Source of the DNA: an uncultured Rivularia sp.
GTDB taxonomy: Bacteria; Cyanobacteriota; Cyanobacteriia; Cyanobacteriales; Nostocaceae
NCBI GenBank assembly: GCA_963665115.1
Contig: OY762007.1
Coordinates: 1,184,001 to 1,248,000 of the forward strand
Reading direction: 5' to 3'
DNA length: 64,000 bases
Made by a program: the position numbers and the translations under genes. Below the pieces are notes generated by a model. The model was not told the DNA's origin. It saw only the letters and a program-made list of their open reading frames with translations, and did no database searches. Positions within the stretch are counted from its first letter, which is position 1. Each line of letters opens with the position of its first letter. Below are positions 10,448-20,595 of this stretch, one piece after another.

Positions 10448-11449
10448 TCACAAGCCAATCAATTCCCGAAAATCTTTCATAAATTCTTGCAATTTCGCAT
10501 CTTTCTGAATCAATTGAGCCAAAACTGCCATTTGTCCTTTACTCCTCATGACTCGAAATAAATCAACTGCAAACAACTGTACCCATTCCGCTGTAGCTAC
10601 TCTACTCAACCAGGTGAAAGCGTTGTAAGCTTGATTTGCATTAACCGCACGCATTGTTAAACCAATGGTTGTTGCATACTTAATACTTGGCTCTGATGAC
10701 CAAGAAATATTTTCGCCTTTACCTTCTAAAATTGGCGTGAGATTGGGCAATGTGGTGTAAAGCTGAGTAAATGCTTGAAACTCGGCTGCTGTGGCAACTC
10801 CGACGGCTGGTGCAATATCTAATTGTGCTTCGTGTAGCTTACCTGCCATTTCCCAGGAGCGGGGGGAAGGCCAAGCCGGTTGTTGGGGGTCGATTTTGTG
10901 TAATATTGTGGGACGAAACGAAAGAAAGGCTAAGATTTGCTCGTGTAAGTTTCTTTCTAGAGCATAAGCTTTGAAACTATCAAAATCAGCTTGTACTTCT
11001 AGATGTAAAAACCGATTTGCTAGAGGTGAAGGCATATCAAATACGGCGGCTCTATCTTCTTTACGGTTGCCAGCAGCCCAGACAAACCAGCCGGTTGGTA
11101 CAACGTAAGAGCCAACTTTTCGATCTAAAATCAACTGTTGAGCAACTCCCTGCATCGCTGGTGGTGCCATATTTAATTCGTCTAAAAACAAAATACCTTT
11201 ACCCTTCCGAGGAAGGAATTCTGGCGGATACCATTTAGAGATACCATCTTCAGCGACGGGTAAACCGCGTAAATCGGTGGGTGCAAGTTGACTCAAACGC
11301 ACATCGATAAAATCAATTTTACATTCGCTCGCTAATTGTCCAACAATGCTTGATTTGCCAATACCGGGTGGTCCCCAAATCATCGTACTAATTTGCAAAT
11401 CTTTTTGAATAAGGTTGTTTAAATATGCTTTTAGTTCAGATGGAGTCAT
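10448..11449 (-). CDS. MoxR-like AAA+ ATPase
   Basis: Walker A GPPGIGKS, Walker B ILFLDELN, AAGNR, LANRF. Lies upstream of the vWA partner. Confidence 0.88.
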   Translation of the reverse strand: MTPSELKAYLNNLIQKDLQISTMIWGPPGIGKSSIVGQLASECKIDFIDVRLSQLAPTDLRGLPVAEDGISKWYPPEFLPRKGKGILFLDELNMAPPAMQGVAQQLILDRKVGSYVVPTGWFVWAAGNRKEDRAAVFDMPSPLANRFLHLEVQADFDSFKAYALERNLHEQILAFLSFRPTILHKIDPQQPAWPSPRSWEMAGKLHEAQLDIAPAVGVATAAEFQAFTQLYTTLPNLTPILEGKGENISWSSEPSIKYATTIGLTMRAVNANQAYNAFTWLSRVATAEWVQLFAVDLFRVMRSKGQMAVLAQLIQKDAKLQEFMKDFRELIGL

Positions 11450-11655
11450 TTTCTGATTATTAATTAATTAGATTTTTTTGTTGTTATAGTTAGTATTCCC
11501 AATTAATTTATCAATATTGCAATAATATTAAGTTCGGTAGGATTGGAATGATTAAAAAACCGTTGAGAGCGCTGAGAACGCAGAGGAAGAGGAAGAGAGA
11601 GGAAGTTTAAATAGTTCCGATACCTTCTGGGAAAAATATCGCTTGTATAGCACAC

Positions 11656-12729
11656 TTACCATAAAGACAACTGAACTATTTTCTCGGCAACATTATCAAG
11701 ATTTGACAGCGAAAGTCCTAATAATCGAATGCTGCGGTTGTTTAATTCGATAGTTTTAAATAATGCTTTTGCTTCGCTAAAAATCGGATTGAAATCGCTG
11801 GTTGGAATATTCAAAGTTCTGCTGCGGGTAATCTGCTGGTAATCGGAAAATTTTACTTTAAGTGTTATGGTTCTACCCGATGCTTGATGTTTATCGATAC
11901 GCTCTTTCAACGTAATCGCAATCTTTTCAAGTTCTTGTAATATCGATGATGTATCGCTTAAATCGATTGCAAAAGAATTTTCTGCCCCGATTGATTTACG
12001 AATGCGATTTGCTTCAACCGCTCGTTCATCTTTTGCCCTGGCAATATTGTAATAATAATAACCAGCTTTCCCAAACTGCCGTACTAAAAATTCGAGCGTT
12101 CGCCTTTTTAAATCTGCACCCGTGCGAATACCCAAATCGTTCATCTTAGCGGCTGTAACTCTACCAATACCGTGAAACTTTTTGATCGGTAAGGCTTCCA
12201 CAAATTCTTGCGCTTGTTCTGGTAAAATCACTGTCATGCCATTAGGCTTGTTTCTACCGGAAGCCATTTTTGCTAGAAACTTATTCATAGAAACCCCAGC
12301 GGATGCAGTCAAATTAGTTTCTTGAAATATTTCATTTCTAATTAACCGAGCAATAGTAGAAGCATAAGGAATATTTTGCTTGTTACTCGTCACATCGAGG
12401 TAAGCTTCATCTAGTGCGATGGGTTCGAGTAAATCGGTGTAACGTCTGAAAATAACCTGAATTTGGGATGATATGTTTCTGTATACTTCAAATCTAGGTT
12501 TTACAAAGATCAAATTCGGACATCTTGCAACTGCTATTTTTGACGGCATAGCAGAATGGATACCATATTTTCTTGCTTCATAACTCGCTGCTGCAACTAC
12601 ACCGCGTTGACTGGGTGAAGCACCGACTACCAATGGTTTACCTATATATTCTGGTTTATCCCGTTGCTCTACTGAAGCGTAGAAAGCATCCATATCAATG
12701 TGAATGATTTTTCGAGTTTGATTCGCCAT
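11656..12729 (-). CDS. dinB: DNA polymerase IV (Y family)
   Basis: IHIDMDAFYASVE, SYEARKYG, LDEAYLD motifs and a little-finger domain. Confidence 0.95.
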   Translation of the reverse strand: MANQTRKIIHIDMDAFYASVEQRDKPEYIGKPLVVGASPSQRGVVAAASYEARKYGIHSAMPSKIAVARCPNLIFVKPRFEVYRNISSQIQVIFRRYTDLLEPIALDEAYLDVTSNKQNIPYASTIARLIRNEIFQETNLTASAGVSMNKFLAKMASGRNKPNGMTVILPEQAQEFVEALPIKKFHGIGRVTAAKMNDLGIRTGADLKRRTLEFLVRQFGKAGYYYYNIARAKDERAVEANRIRKSIGAENSFAIDLSDTSSILQELEKIAITLKERIDKHQASGRTITLKVKFSDYQQITRSRTLNIPTSDFNPIFSEAKALFKTIELNNRSIRLLGLSLSNLDNVAEKIVQLSLW

Positions 12730-12813
12730 TACGCGAAAATAAAATTTTAACTATTTATGTACTAATACGGTATCTTCAAGGTTGATTATATACCTTAATT
12801 GTCATATTTTTAA

Positions 12814-13033
12814 TAGCAATTGCATTAAATTTAACGGGTTCGTTTTTGCGGGAAACGTCCGGAGACGTAGCACTGCTACGTCTCTACAACCCATTGGAAT
12901 TAATGAAATGTACTACTACTCCACCACATTAATCATGCCGGGTATTAGTTCAGTCCTATTTATAGGAATGCCAAACTCCTGTAGCGAACCATTGCACGAA
13001 ATGTTAAATTTACTTTGCACGGTAACTAACTAC
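12814..13033. repeat. Two abutting dispersed repeats: GAGACGTAGCACTGCTACGTCTC-hairpin element and ACTACTCCACCACAT-ended element
   Basis: Matches 15505-15721, 20158-20523 and 34629-34753. Confidence 0.65.
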
Positions 13034-13035
13034 AA

Positions 13036-15285
13036 TTAAGGTGCAGTAATCACGGCTACCGGACAATGGGCTTTTTTCAAAATCGCATCAACTCGATGGC
13101 CGAAGAAAACCCGCCCAGTTACCATGCGGATATTGCTACCAAGAATAATTAGGTCAAAGTTTTGATTTTCAGCATAGGTAAGAATTTCCATTTCTGCACT
13201 GGTTCCTTTAAGAATGCGGGTTTTGACATCAGCGCCAAAACTGCGACCAATTACAGCTTGTTGTTCGAGTAAATCGCTGGCAATATCTTTCATCGGGTTT
13301 AAGGTTCGCCTTTCATAAAGGATATACTCTATCGGCGGCAAGTTAATCACGTTGACGATTGTAATTATTGCCCCCGTCTGAGCAGCAATTGTACTCGCTA
13401 CCTCTACGGCATTTTTGCTGTATTCGGTTCCTACCGTGGGGACGAGAATGTTCTTTAACTGTTGTTGAGTGGTTCTAGAACTTTCTGCCTCGGCTTCACT
13501 TAAATGCGACTTGACCACCATTGTTGCACAAGGGGCTTCTTGAATTACCCGGTCAACTAATAAATTAAATAGTGAATCTTTGGAACGAGTTTTTTCGGAT
13601 GCTCCTAGCACAATTAAGTCATACCCTTTATTAGCTTCATTGATAATTGCTTCTACTTTATTAGATCCCAATTCTGTTTTTTTCTGAAGGGTGGCATCAG
13701 CAGGTAGCTGCATTACTTCAGAAGCAGCAGCAAAGGCTTCTTGAGCGACGGTATCTTTTACCGCTGTTGCTGCTTGACTTGCTTCAGCAGACTTTTCATT
13801 AGCATACAAAAGTGTTACTTCTGTATGATTTTGATGCGCCATATAGCCGACTAATTGCGCTGCAAGTTGGATGTTTGCACCACCGCGAGTGGGTATCAAA
13901 ACGCGATGTATCTGCTTAATAAAACTGCGGCTGGCGAGTTCTTCTTGCTCCAAACGTTGTGCTTCTTCTTCACCAATAGCCACTTTCGACAAAGACCAGC
14001 GCAATAGAGGTGGAGCCATCAGCGAAGTAATAATTGCCACCATTAAGATAATCGAATACATTTGGGGATTGAGAACACCCAAAGATAAACCAATTGTGGC
14101 TACGACAATTTCCATCGCTCCACGGGCATTCATCCCCGAACCCATCGCCATGCCTTCCCAATGGCTCAAACCGCCGACGCGAGAACCGAGGTAAGCTCCT
14201 GTAAATTTTCCTACACAGGCTACGGCAAGAACGAGCAGACCAAAGATGAAAGTTTGCGGAGCTAAAAGAGCCAGTAAATTAACTTTCAAGCCAGCTGAAG
14301 CGAAGAAAATCGGCGCGAGAAAAGCGGCGGTGAAAACTTCGAGGGTGCGACCGGCTTCACTATTGAAACGGCGCGATTGTCCGACGAGAATCCCCACCAC
14401 AAAAGCGCCCAAAGCGGCTTCTAAACCTAAGTACTGAGTAAAAGCTGCGGCCAGGAAGGATATAACCAGCAGCATCGATAAACTAGCGGTAACTCCGCCA
14501 ACTTTGTCATCTACCCAGCGGAATATTTGGTCTACAATTGTCCGTCCGATTGTGAAGGCGATCGCCAAAAATAAGATGGCGGCACTTACCGAACGAAAAA
14601 CAGTAGCGAAGTCAAATTTACCACTGCTAGCCAACCCGGAAACCACGGAAAGTAAAATCCAGCCGATGGTATCATCGGTCATTCCTGCTGCCAAAGTGAC
14701 TTGACCGATATCGCGGCGAATCAAATTCAAGTCCATCAGTACTTTGGCAATCACAGGCACCGCCGAAATACTCATCGCGGTGGCAATAAACAAGCTGAAA
14801 ACCAATCTCTTGCTGGGGTCTGCTAAAAAGTTCTCAGGTAAAAACCAGCCGAGTACGAATCCGGTAAGAAACGGAATCAAAATTCCACCGAGTGAAATCA
14901 GCAAAGCCGTTTTTCCCTTGCGGATAATCAACTTCAGGTCGGTTTCTAGCCCGGTGACAATCAGCAAACACAGCACGCCCAACCAAGAAACTACTGATAA
15001 TAGATCGGACTGTTGTTGGCTTTCGGGAAAAATCTGAACCTGTAAGCTGGGAAACAACAAGCCAAAGAATGAAGGGCCAAGCAGCACACCTGCAAGTAAT
15101 TCCCCGACAACAGGTGGGAAGTTAATTCGTCGCATTACCTCACCCAGTCCCCGCGAAACCAGCAGCAACAGCGATAGTTCTAACAGCACCAACAGCAACT
15201 GATGATGACCTAGCGGTTTAATTAAATGTCCGCCTGCCCCTTCGGGCGTTACAAGAAACTGAAGCATTAAGGACAGGTTTTCCAT
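13036..15285 (-). CDS. Cation:proton antiporter (CPA2) with two C-terminal USP domains
   Basis: GELLAGVLLGPS, GLETDL, TDDTIGWILL, ARGAMEI transmembrane region; two USP domains (DLIVLG, DLIILG...CPVAV). Confidence 0.9.
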   Translation of the reverse strand: MENLSLMLQFLVTPEGAGGHLIKPLGHHQLLLVLLELSLLLLVSRGLGEVMRRINFPPVVGELLAGVLLGPSFFGLLFPSLQVQIFPESQQQSDLLSVVSWLGVLCLLIVTGLETDLKLIIRKGKTALLISLGGILIPFLTGFVLGWFLPENFLADPSKRLVFSLFIATAMSISAVPVIAKVLMDLNLIRRDIGQVTLAAGMTDDTIGWILLSVVSGLASSGKFDFATVFRSVSAAILFLAIAFTIGRTIVDQIFRWVDDKVGGVTASLSMLLVISFLAAAFTQYLGLEAALGAFVVGILVGQSRRFNSEAGRTLEVFTAAFLAPIFFASAGLKVNLLALLAPQTFIFGLLVLAVACVGKFTGAYLGSRVGGLSHWEGMAMGSGMNARGAMEIVVATIGLSLGVLNPQMYSIILMVAIITSLMAPPLLRWSLSKVAIGEEEAQRLEQEELASRSFIKQIHRVLIPTRGGANIQLAAQLVGYMAHQNHTEVTLLYANEKSAEASQAATAVKDTVAQEAFAAASEVMQLPADATLQKKTELGSNKVEAIINEANKGYDLIVLGASEKTRSKDSLFNLLVDRVIQEAPCATMVVKSHLSEAEAESSRTTQQQLKNILVPTVGTEYSKNAVEVASTIAAQTGAIITIVNVINLPPIEYILYERRTLNPMKDIASDLLEQQAVIGRSFGADVKTRILKGTSAEMEILTYAENQNFDLIILGSNIRMVTGRVFFGHRVDAILKKAHCPVAVITAP

Positions 15286-15504
15286 ATAGTCGAACAGAAA
15301 TACTTGACGAATCTTGTCAAGCCGTTGGCTTAATTAAATACGGTGAAATTTAATTAAACATCAGTCGGAAGTCTTGACTTGAGATACCATTTATTGGGCT
15401 ACTAATAATTTCTTATGATAATTCTCAAACGACTGTTGATTTCTTACATTTTCCAAAGTGCGCTTGGAAATTGATGAAATGCCGTTCTTTTGATGCACTT
15501 GATT

Positions 15505-15721
15505 CTAGTAGTTCTTTTCATTAATTCTGAGGGGTTCGTTTTCGACCTAACGTCGGGAGACGTAGCACTGCTACGTCTCTACAACCCATCAAAACAAATG
15601 AAAAGGACTACTAGTAGTTGATTGCATAAATTCTGATGGGTACGTTTTCGACCTAACGTCGGGAGACGTAGCACTGCTACGTCTCTACAACCCATTAAAA
15701 CGGCTGGAAAAGGACTACTAG
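15505..15721. repeat. Two tandem ~110-bp MITE/REP units with CTAGTAGT/ACTACTAG ends
   Basis: Units 15505-15614 and 15611-15721 share a CTAG. Each holds the palindrome GAGACGTAGCACTGCTACGTCTC. Confidence 0.8.
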
Positions 15722-15847
15722 GAAGTTGTTAACATATGTGCAAAATCAAGCTGAATATTATTCGGCGAATAGAATTGGCAGCTACACAGGCAAAATCCAA
15801 ATGCGCGGATTTGAGATTTTCAAATCAATACCTGTAACTGGTAAAAG

Positions 15848-16616
15848 CTACCTATTTTCCCCAAGAATGGGTTTGTTCGATAAGTGTTGCAAGCCAACAT
15901 TATTTAATAGCTGCAACCAATCTCTAGCAAGAGTCTTATTCTGGGGATTTTCTCGACGAAGTTTGACTAATTCTGTTAAAGCTGAATACCAAATACCATT
16001 CTGAGCGTAAAAAGCAACTCGCTGACGGGGAGAAGCTACGCCACTTAATTGCTTTTGCTGGTTTGGTTGTAGGGCTACTCTTCGCACCCATCCGCGCACG
16101 TAAATAGGAGTAGTTGATTTATCGCGATCGCAATACAGTTTAAAATACCACTGGTAGGTTTTATCAATTTCTAAAGATTGCCCGGAAGCAAGACTAACAC
16201 CAACAATTCCTTCACCTTTATTTATCGGGAAATCGGGTCCGATATACATCATTATCAGCTTCATCTTGCAAGACAAATTCTCCTTTGGGTATCTTGCTCG
16301 ATTTATAAGGAATAAATAACCAAAATGTCGGATTAGATCCTACTACTTTACCAACTTGCTTTTCTGGAATTAAAGCAGTCAGCGGCATATCTGTAGCAGG
16401 ACAATCGTTACGGCTCCCCATTCCTCTTCTTTTCGTTGGTCTTCCTCGATTATCTCCACTTTGCTGCTTTTTTTTTTGCTGTATTTGGATTTTGGGAGCA
16501 TTTCTACTAATTTGGCTTTGTGATGCTGTTACTGGTTCATACCAACTTAAATTAGTCAACGTTAATAAGGGAATAATGCTAAATCTAGTTAGGTTTAATA
16601 TTTTATTTTTCATCAT
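15848..16616 (-). CDS. DUF928 domain protein with signal peptide (~255 aa), +1 frameshift at 16235-16237
   Basis: GSRNDC, LTALIP, PTFWLFIPY, YQWYF, NGIWY motifs across the two ORFs; removing one base fuses them. Confidence 0.8.
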
Positions 16617-16879
16617 AATTCTCCTTATCTTGAAAGTTTTATTTACATTTATTAAAAAAATTATTTTACATCAAATATTTTTGAATTGAATCATTGCAGA
16701 TAGCTTATCAAATTATCGATGAGGATTATAGAAAATAATTGTGTAACTTACGCATAACAATCCATAAGTTGTTTTATCTGTAAATATCTATTTAGTTGGA
16801 TTTTCTAAAATCTATGTTACTGTTTATTTTGTAGTTATTTCTGAAGAATATTGGAAATGAAATAAAAATAATTCGCTTA

Positions 16880-17092
16880 AGTCGGTTGGCACTAATAAAT
16901 CTAGCTATGTAACGAAAAGTAAAAATCTCAAACCCCTTGTGATGAGCCGCAGCTCAGACGCACCTCCGGTGAACGCTGAATGCTTCGTCGTGCCTCCATT
17001 CCCGCTTTTGGGAAGACTCCATGTTCAGCTTGCCTCACCGTTAGGGTAACGCAATGACAAATTATAGTTATGTTTATTTACACCCATCTACT
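16880..17092. mobile_element. Non-autonomous MITE related to the IS630 element in psaF2
   Basis: TA-flanked. Ends AGTCGGTTGGC / CCCATCTACT resemble AGTAGGTCGGC / GCCGACCTACT, and it shares CTATGTAACGAAAAGT with the IS end. Confidence 0.7.
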
Positions 17093-17293
17093 TATTTAGT
17101 TATTTAGTTATTTAGTTTACTTAAATGACTTTTTGGATAATATTCTGTTCTTTTAAAGGAAAAACTGCATAAATTTGTTTGAGGGGCACCTATATAGTGA
17201 GTAGAAGGATGGAGAAAGTTTTTTCATCTTCTGCAATTCAATTTTGCTGCAAAACAAAGTTCAAAAGTTTAGCGATTAGTAAGGATAAAAACC

Positions 17294-17647
17294 ATGAGCT
17301 TACAAGAAAATCAACCAAAATCAGAAACCACGGTTAATGAACAGTTAGAACAACTAAAAGATAAAATTGTTGATGCCCTCAGCAAGGCAATTAAAGATCC
17401 TGATATAGTCAATTCCATTGAGCAAGAGGATGGTTTACTAAAAAAATTAGTCAATGCTAAGTTTGTAATAGATTTGAATAAATTAAAGAAGAACGAAAAC
17501 TTAGAAATATGCTTACAAAATGAGCTTGATTTTAAGGAACCATCACCTAATGTACTCAACAATTGTGAATGTCAGTATATGGGAGAAACAGTAACATGTT
17601 GTGCATATAACAATCAGTTGTTCATCTTTATGTATGGAAAAAATTGA
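17294..17647 (+). CDS. Small protein with helical leader-like N-terminus and Cys-rich C-terminus
   Basis: AAGGA RBS; C-terminal CECQYMGETVTCCAY; followed by a terminator-like hairpin. Confidence 0.7.
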   Translation: MSLQENQPKSETTVNEQLEQLKDKIVDALSKAIKDPDIVNSIEQEDGLLKKLVNAKFVIDLNKLKKNENLEICLQNELDFKEPSPNVLNNCECQYMGETVTCCAYNNQLFIFMYGKN

Positions 17648-17707
17648 CATCATTTAACTGATTTTTGCTAACTTCATAACAAACATTTAACCGGACAGGA
17701 TATTTAC

Positions 17708-17744
17708 ATTCTCGGCTTTTCATTAGAAGTCGGGAATTTTTTTT
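17708..17744 (+). terminator. Rho-independent terminator
   Basis: ATTCTCGGCTT...AAGTCGGGAAT stem followed by a T-run. Confidence 0.6.
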
Positions 17745-17835
17745 ATGTTTGTATGTCTAATATTAAATACTGCATCCTACATCATGTTACCAAAACGATG
17801 GTATTTTGTTGAGAGGTTCAATATGGAAATAGATC

Positions 17836-20137
17836 GTGAAAATTTCGAGGCATTGCTTCCAAAAAATTGCAGTTGCAATATTTTCGATTATCGCATTCTA
17901 CCCTAATGCTAATGCTCAAATCGTTCCTGATACAACTTTACCGAATAATTCGAGCGTAACTTCACAAGATAACATCAAACTGATTGAAGGTGGAACTCAA
18001 GCACAAACTAATCTATTTCATAGTTTTGAAGAGTTTTCCGTGCCTACTAATTCAACAGCATATTTTAACAATACAGCAAATATTCAAAATATTATTACCC
18101 GCATTACAGGAAAGTCTATCTCTAATATTGATGGCAAACTTCGTGCTAACGGTACGGCAAATTTATTTTTAATTAATCCTAATGGAATTGTTTTTAGCGA
18201 GAATGCTGCTTTAGATATTGGTGGTTCGTTTTTCGCAACTACCGCAAGTACTATTAACTTTACTGACGGTACAAAATTTAGCGCTACACAACCCCAAACA
18301 AAACCACTTTTAACTATAAATGTTCCTGCTGGGTTGCAATTTGGCACAACATCTGCATCCATCCGCAATCAATCCAAAGCTACTATTGATAATGCAAATA
18401 ATACATTTATACGACCTACGGGTTTACAAGTATCTACAGGCAAAACTTTAGCGTTGATTGGCGGTGATGTAATATTAGAAGGTGGCAATTTGAGCGTAGA
18501 TTCAGGACTAATTGAATTAGCTGCTGTTGCTAGTAATAGTTTAGTGAATCTCAACTCAACTGATAAAGGTTGGTTTTTAGGGTATGAAGGTGTAGATAAT
18601 TTTAGGAATATTCAACTAATTCAACGTAATGCTGATGGTTCAAAGATACAATCTTCTATAGAAGTTCGTAACAACGTAAACAGTGGTAACATTCAAATAC
18701 GAGGTGCAAAAGTTGAATTAATTGGTTTTAATATTATAAACCTAATTAATCAAATCGATCGAGATATTATCGATAATGGTAATTTGAATATTGATGCAAA
18801 CAAATTAGTTGCCCGAGATGGGGCACAAATAAGAAGTTCTAATAATGGCAACAGTTTCGGGGCAAATATAACAGTAAATGCCTCCGATTCGGTAGAAATC
18901 ATTGGTGGTTTTATTAGTCCCATTGGTTATATTTCTACTGCTTTGACTAGTAATACTGTCGCAGTTGGGAAAGCAGGTAATATTAACATTAACACCAGCA
19001 GAATGTTAATCCAAGATGGAGCCACTATCGGCGCTAACTCTATTGGTAAGAAATCGCAAAACTCTCAATTTTTTGCAGCTACAGGAGTAGCAGGAAATTT
19101 AACAGTAAATGCTTCTGATTCGGTAGAATTAATTGGCAGCTTTGAAACATATCCGAGCAGTTTGACTGCAAGTTCATTAGGTTTCACAAATGCGGGAAAT
19201 TTAACTATTTCCACAAAGCAATTAATTGTTAGAGATCGATCTGAAATTAGTGTCAGTAGCTTATTCACCCAAATTCCACAAAATGTAACTGTCATCGGCA
19301 ATGTAAGTAATATAGGAAATGCAGGAGAAACTCAGAATCACTGCCGATTCTATACTTTTAGATCGCCAAGGCAAGATAATTTCTGAAACCGACTCAGCAA
19401 ACGGAGGCAATATCAATCTTCAGTTAAAAGATTTATTATTAATGCGTCGCAACAGTCGAATTTCTACTAATGCAGGGAAAGCAGAATTTCTAGGTGATGG
19501 TGGTAATATCAGTATTAATATTCCCAATGGTTTCATAGTTGCCATACCTGAAGAAAACAGCGATATCACTGCGAATGCTTTTACTGGTAATGGTGGAAAA
19601 GTTGATATTAATGCTGTTGGTATTTTCGGCATTCAACCCCGCAGTCGAGATGAATTAACAGAACTTTTATCTCCTCAAAACCCCAGCGAATTAAATCCCC
19701 AAGAACTTTTAACCAGCGATATTACAGCAATTTCTCAGCAAAATCCAAATTTAAACGGTGAATTAAATATTATTGCAACTGATGTGGAACCGACAAGACA
19801 ATTAGTGGAATTACCAGAGATACCAGTTGATACGAAAGTTTCTCAAGTTTGCAGATTTCGTAGAGGTAATCAAAGCGAATTTGTCTTTTCTAGACGTGGT
19901 GGTTTACCTCCTTTACCAAGTGAAGCTTTGAGGGAGGATTCTGCTTTGGGTGTTGGTTGGGTGGAGGGAGAGATGGGGAGAAGAATCCAAAATCTAAAAT
20001 CTAAAATCCAAAATAGAAGAATTCAAAATCCAATTGTTGAAGCTACAGGTTTGGTTAAAGATGAAAATGGCGATATCTTGTTTGTTGCCGAGCAACCTTC
20101 TAAAAGTAGCGATAATTTTAAGAGGTTTGGTTGTTAA
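17836..20137 (+). CDS. Filamentous haemagglutinin-family TpsA exoprotein (~766 aa), +1 frameshift at 19328-19330
   Basis: Signal peptide, NLFHSFEEF and NLFLINPNGI TPS motifs, G.AGNI.I beta-helix repeats, SDITANAF and GGLPP C-terminal motifs. Confidence 0.85.
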
Positions 20138-20157
20138 CGATGTAATTTTTTTCTCTC

Positions 20158-20523
20158 TACTACTACTCCTTTTCATTAATTTTAACGGGTTGTAGAGACG
20201 TTATACATAACGTCTCCCGAAGATTACGGGAAAAACGAACCCTTCAGAATTTATGCAATCAACTACTACTCCACCACATAAGTTTTGCGGGGTAATCAAA
20301 ATGTAGTGGGAGCGTCTCGCTCCCTCGTGACAACCAGCGAGCTTTCCGGCTCGCACTCCCAGAACCCTTCAGAATTTATGCAATCAACTACTACTCCACC
20401 ACATAAGTTTTGCGGGGTAATCAAAATGTAGTGGGAGCGTCTCGCTCCCTCGTGACAACCAGCGAGCTTTCCGGCTCGCACTCCCGAAACCCCGCAGAAT
20501 TATCGTGGTTAACTACTCCCTAC
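20158..20523. repeat. Composite dispersed-repeat cluster including a 125-bp tandem duplication (20237-20485)
   Basis: Direct sequence comparison; GTAG-type hairpins. Confidence 0.75.
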
Positions 20524-20595
20524 TCCCCCAATCTCAGAATAAAATGCTTAAATTCTAAGAGAAGACAGGAGAACCTGAAGGTGAATGGCTGTTAG

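Noticed and set aside
10391..10452. Short direct repeat CCCAAG..GGTGGGAATATTCAC between the AAA and DUF2201 genes
   Set aside because: Two copies only, one overlapping the stop codon; most simply a local duplication beside a REP-like remnant.
12750..12780. LexA box upstream of dinB
   Set aside because: Only one AGTAC half-site; does not fit the cyanobacterial RGTAC-N3-DGTWCB consensus.
15505..15721. Possible CRISPR array (also 20237-20485)
   Set aside because: Only two long units each, no unique spacers, no cas genes; copies are dispersed MITE/REP elements.
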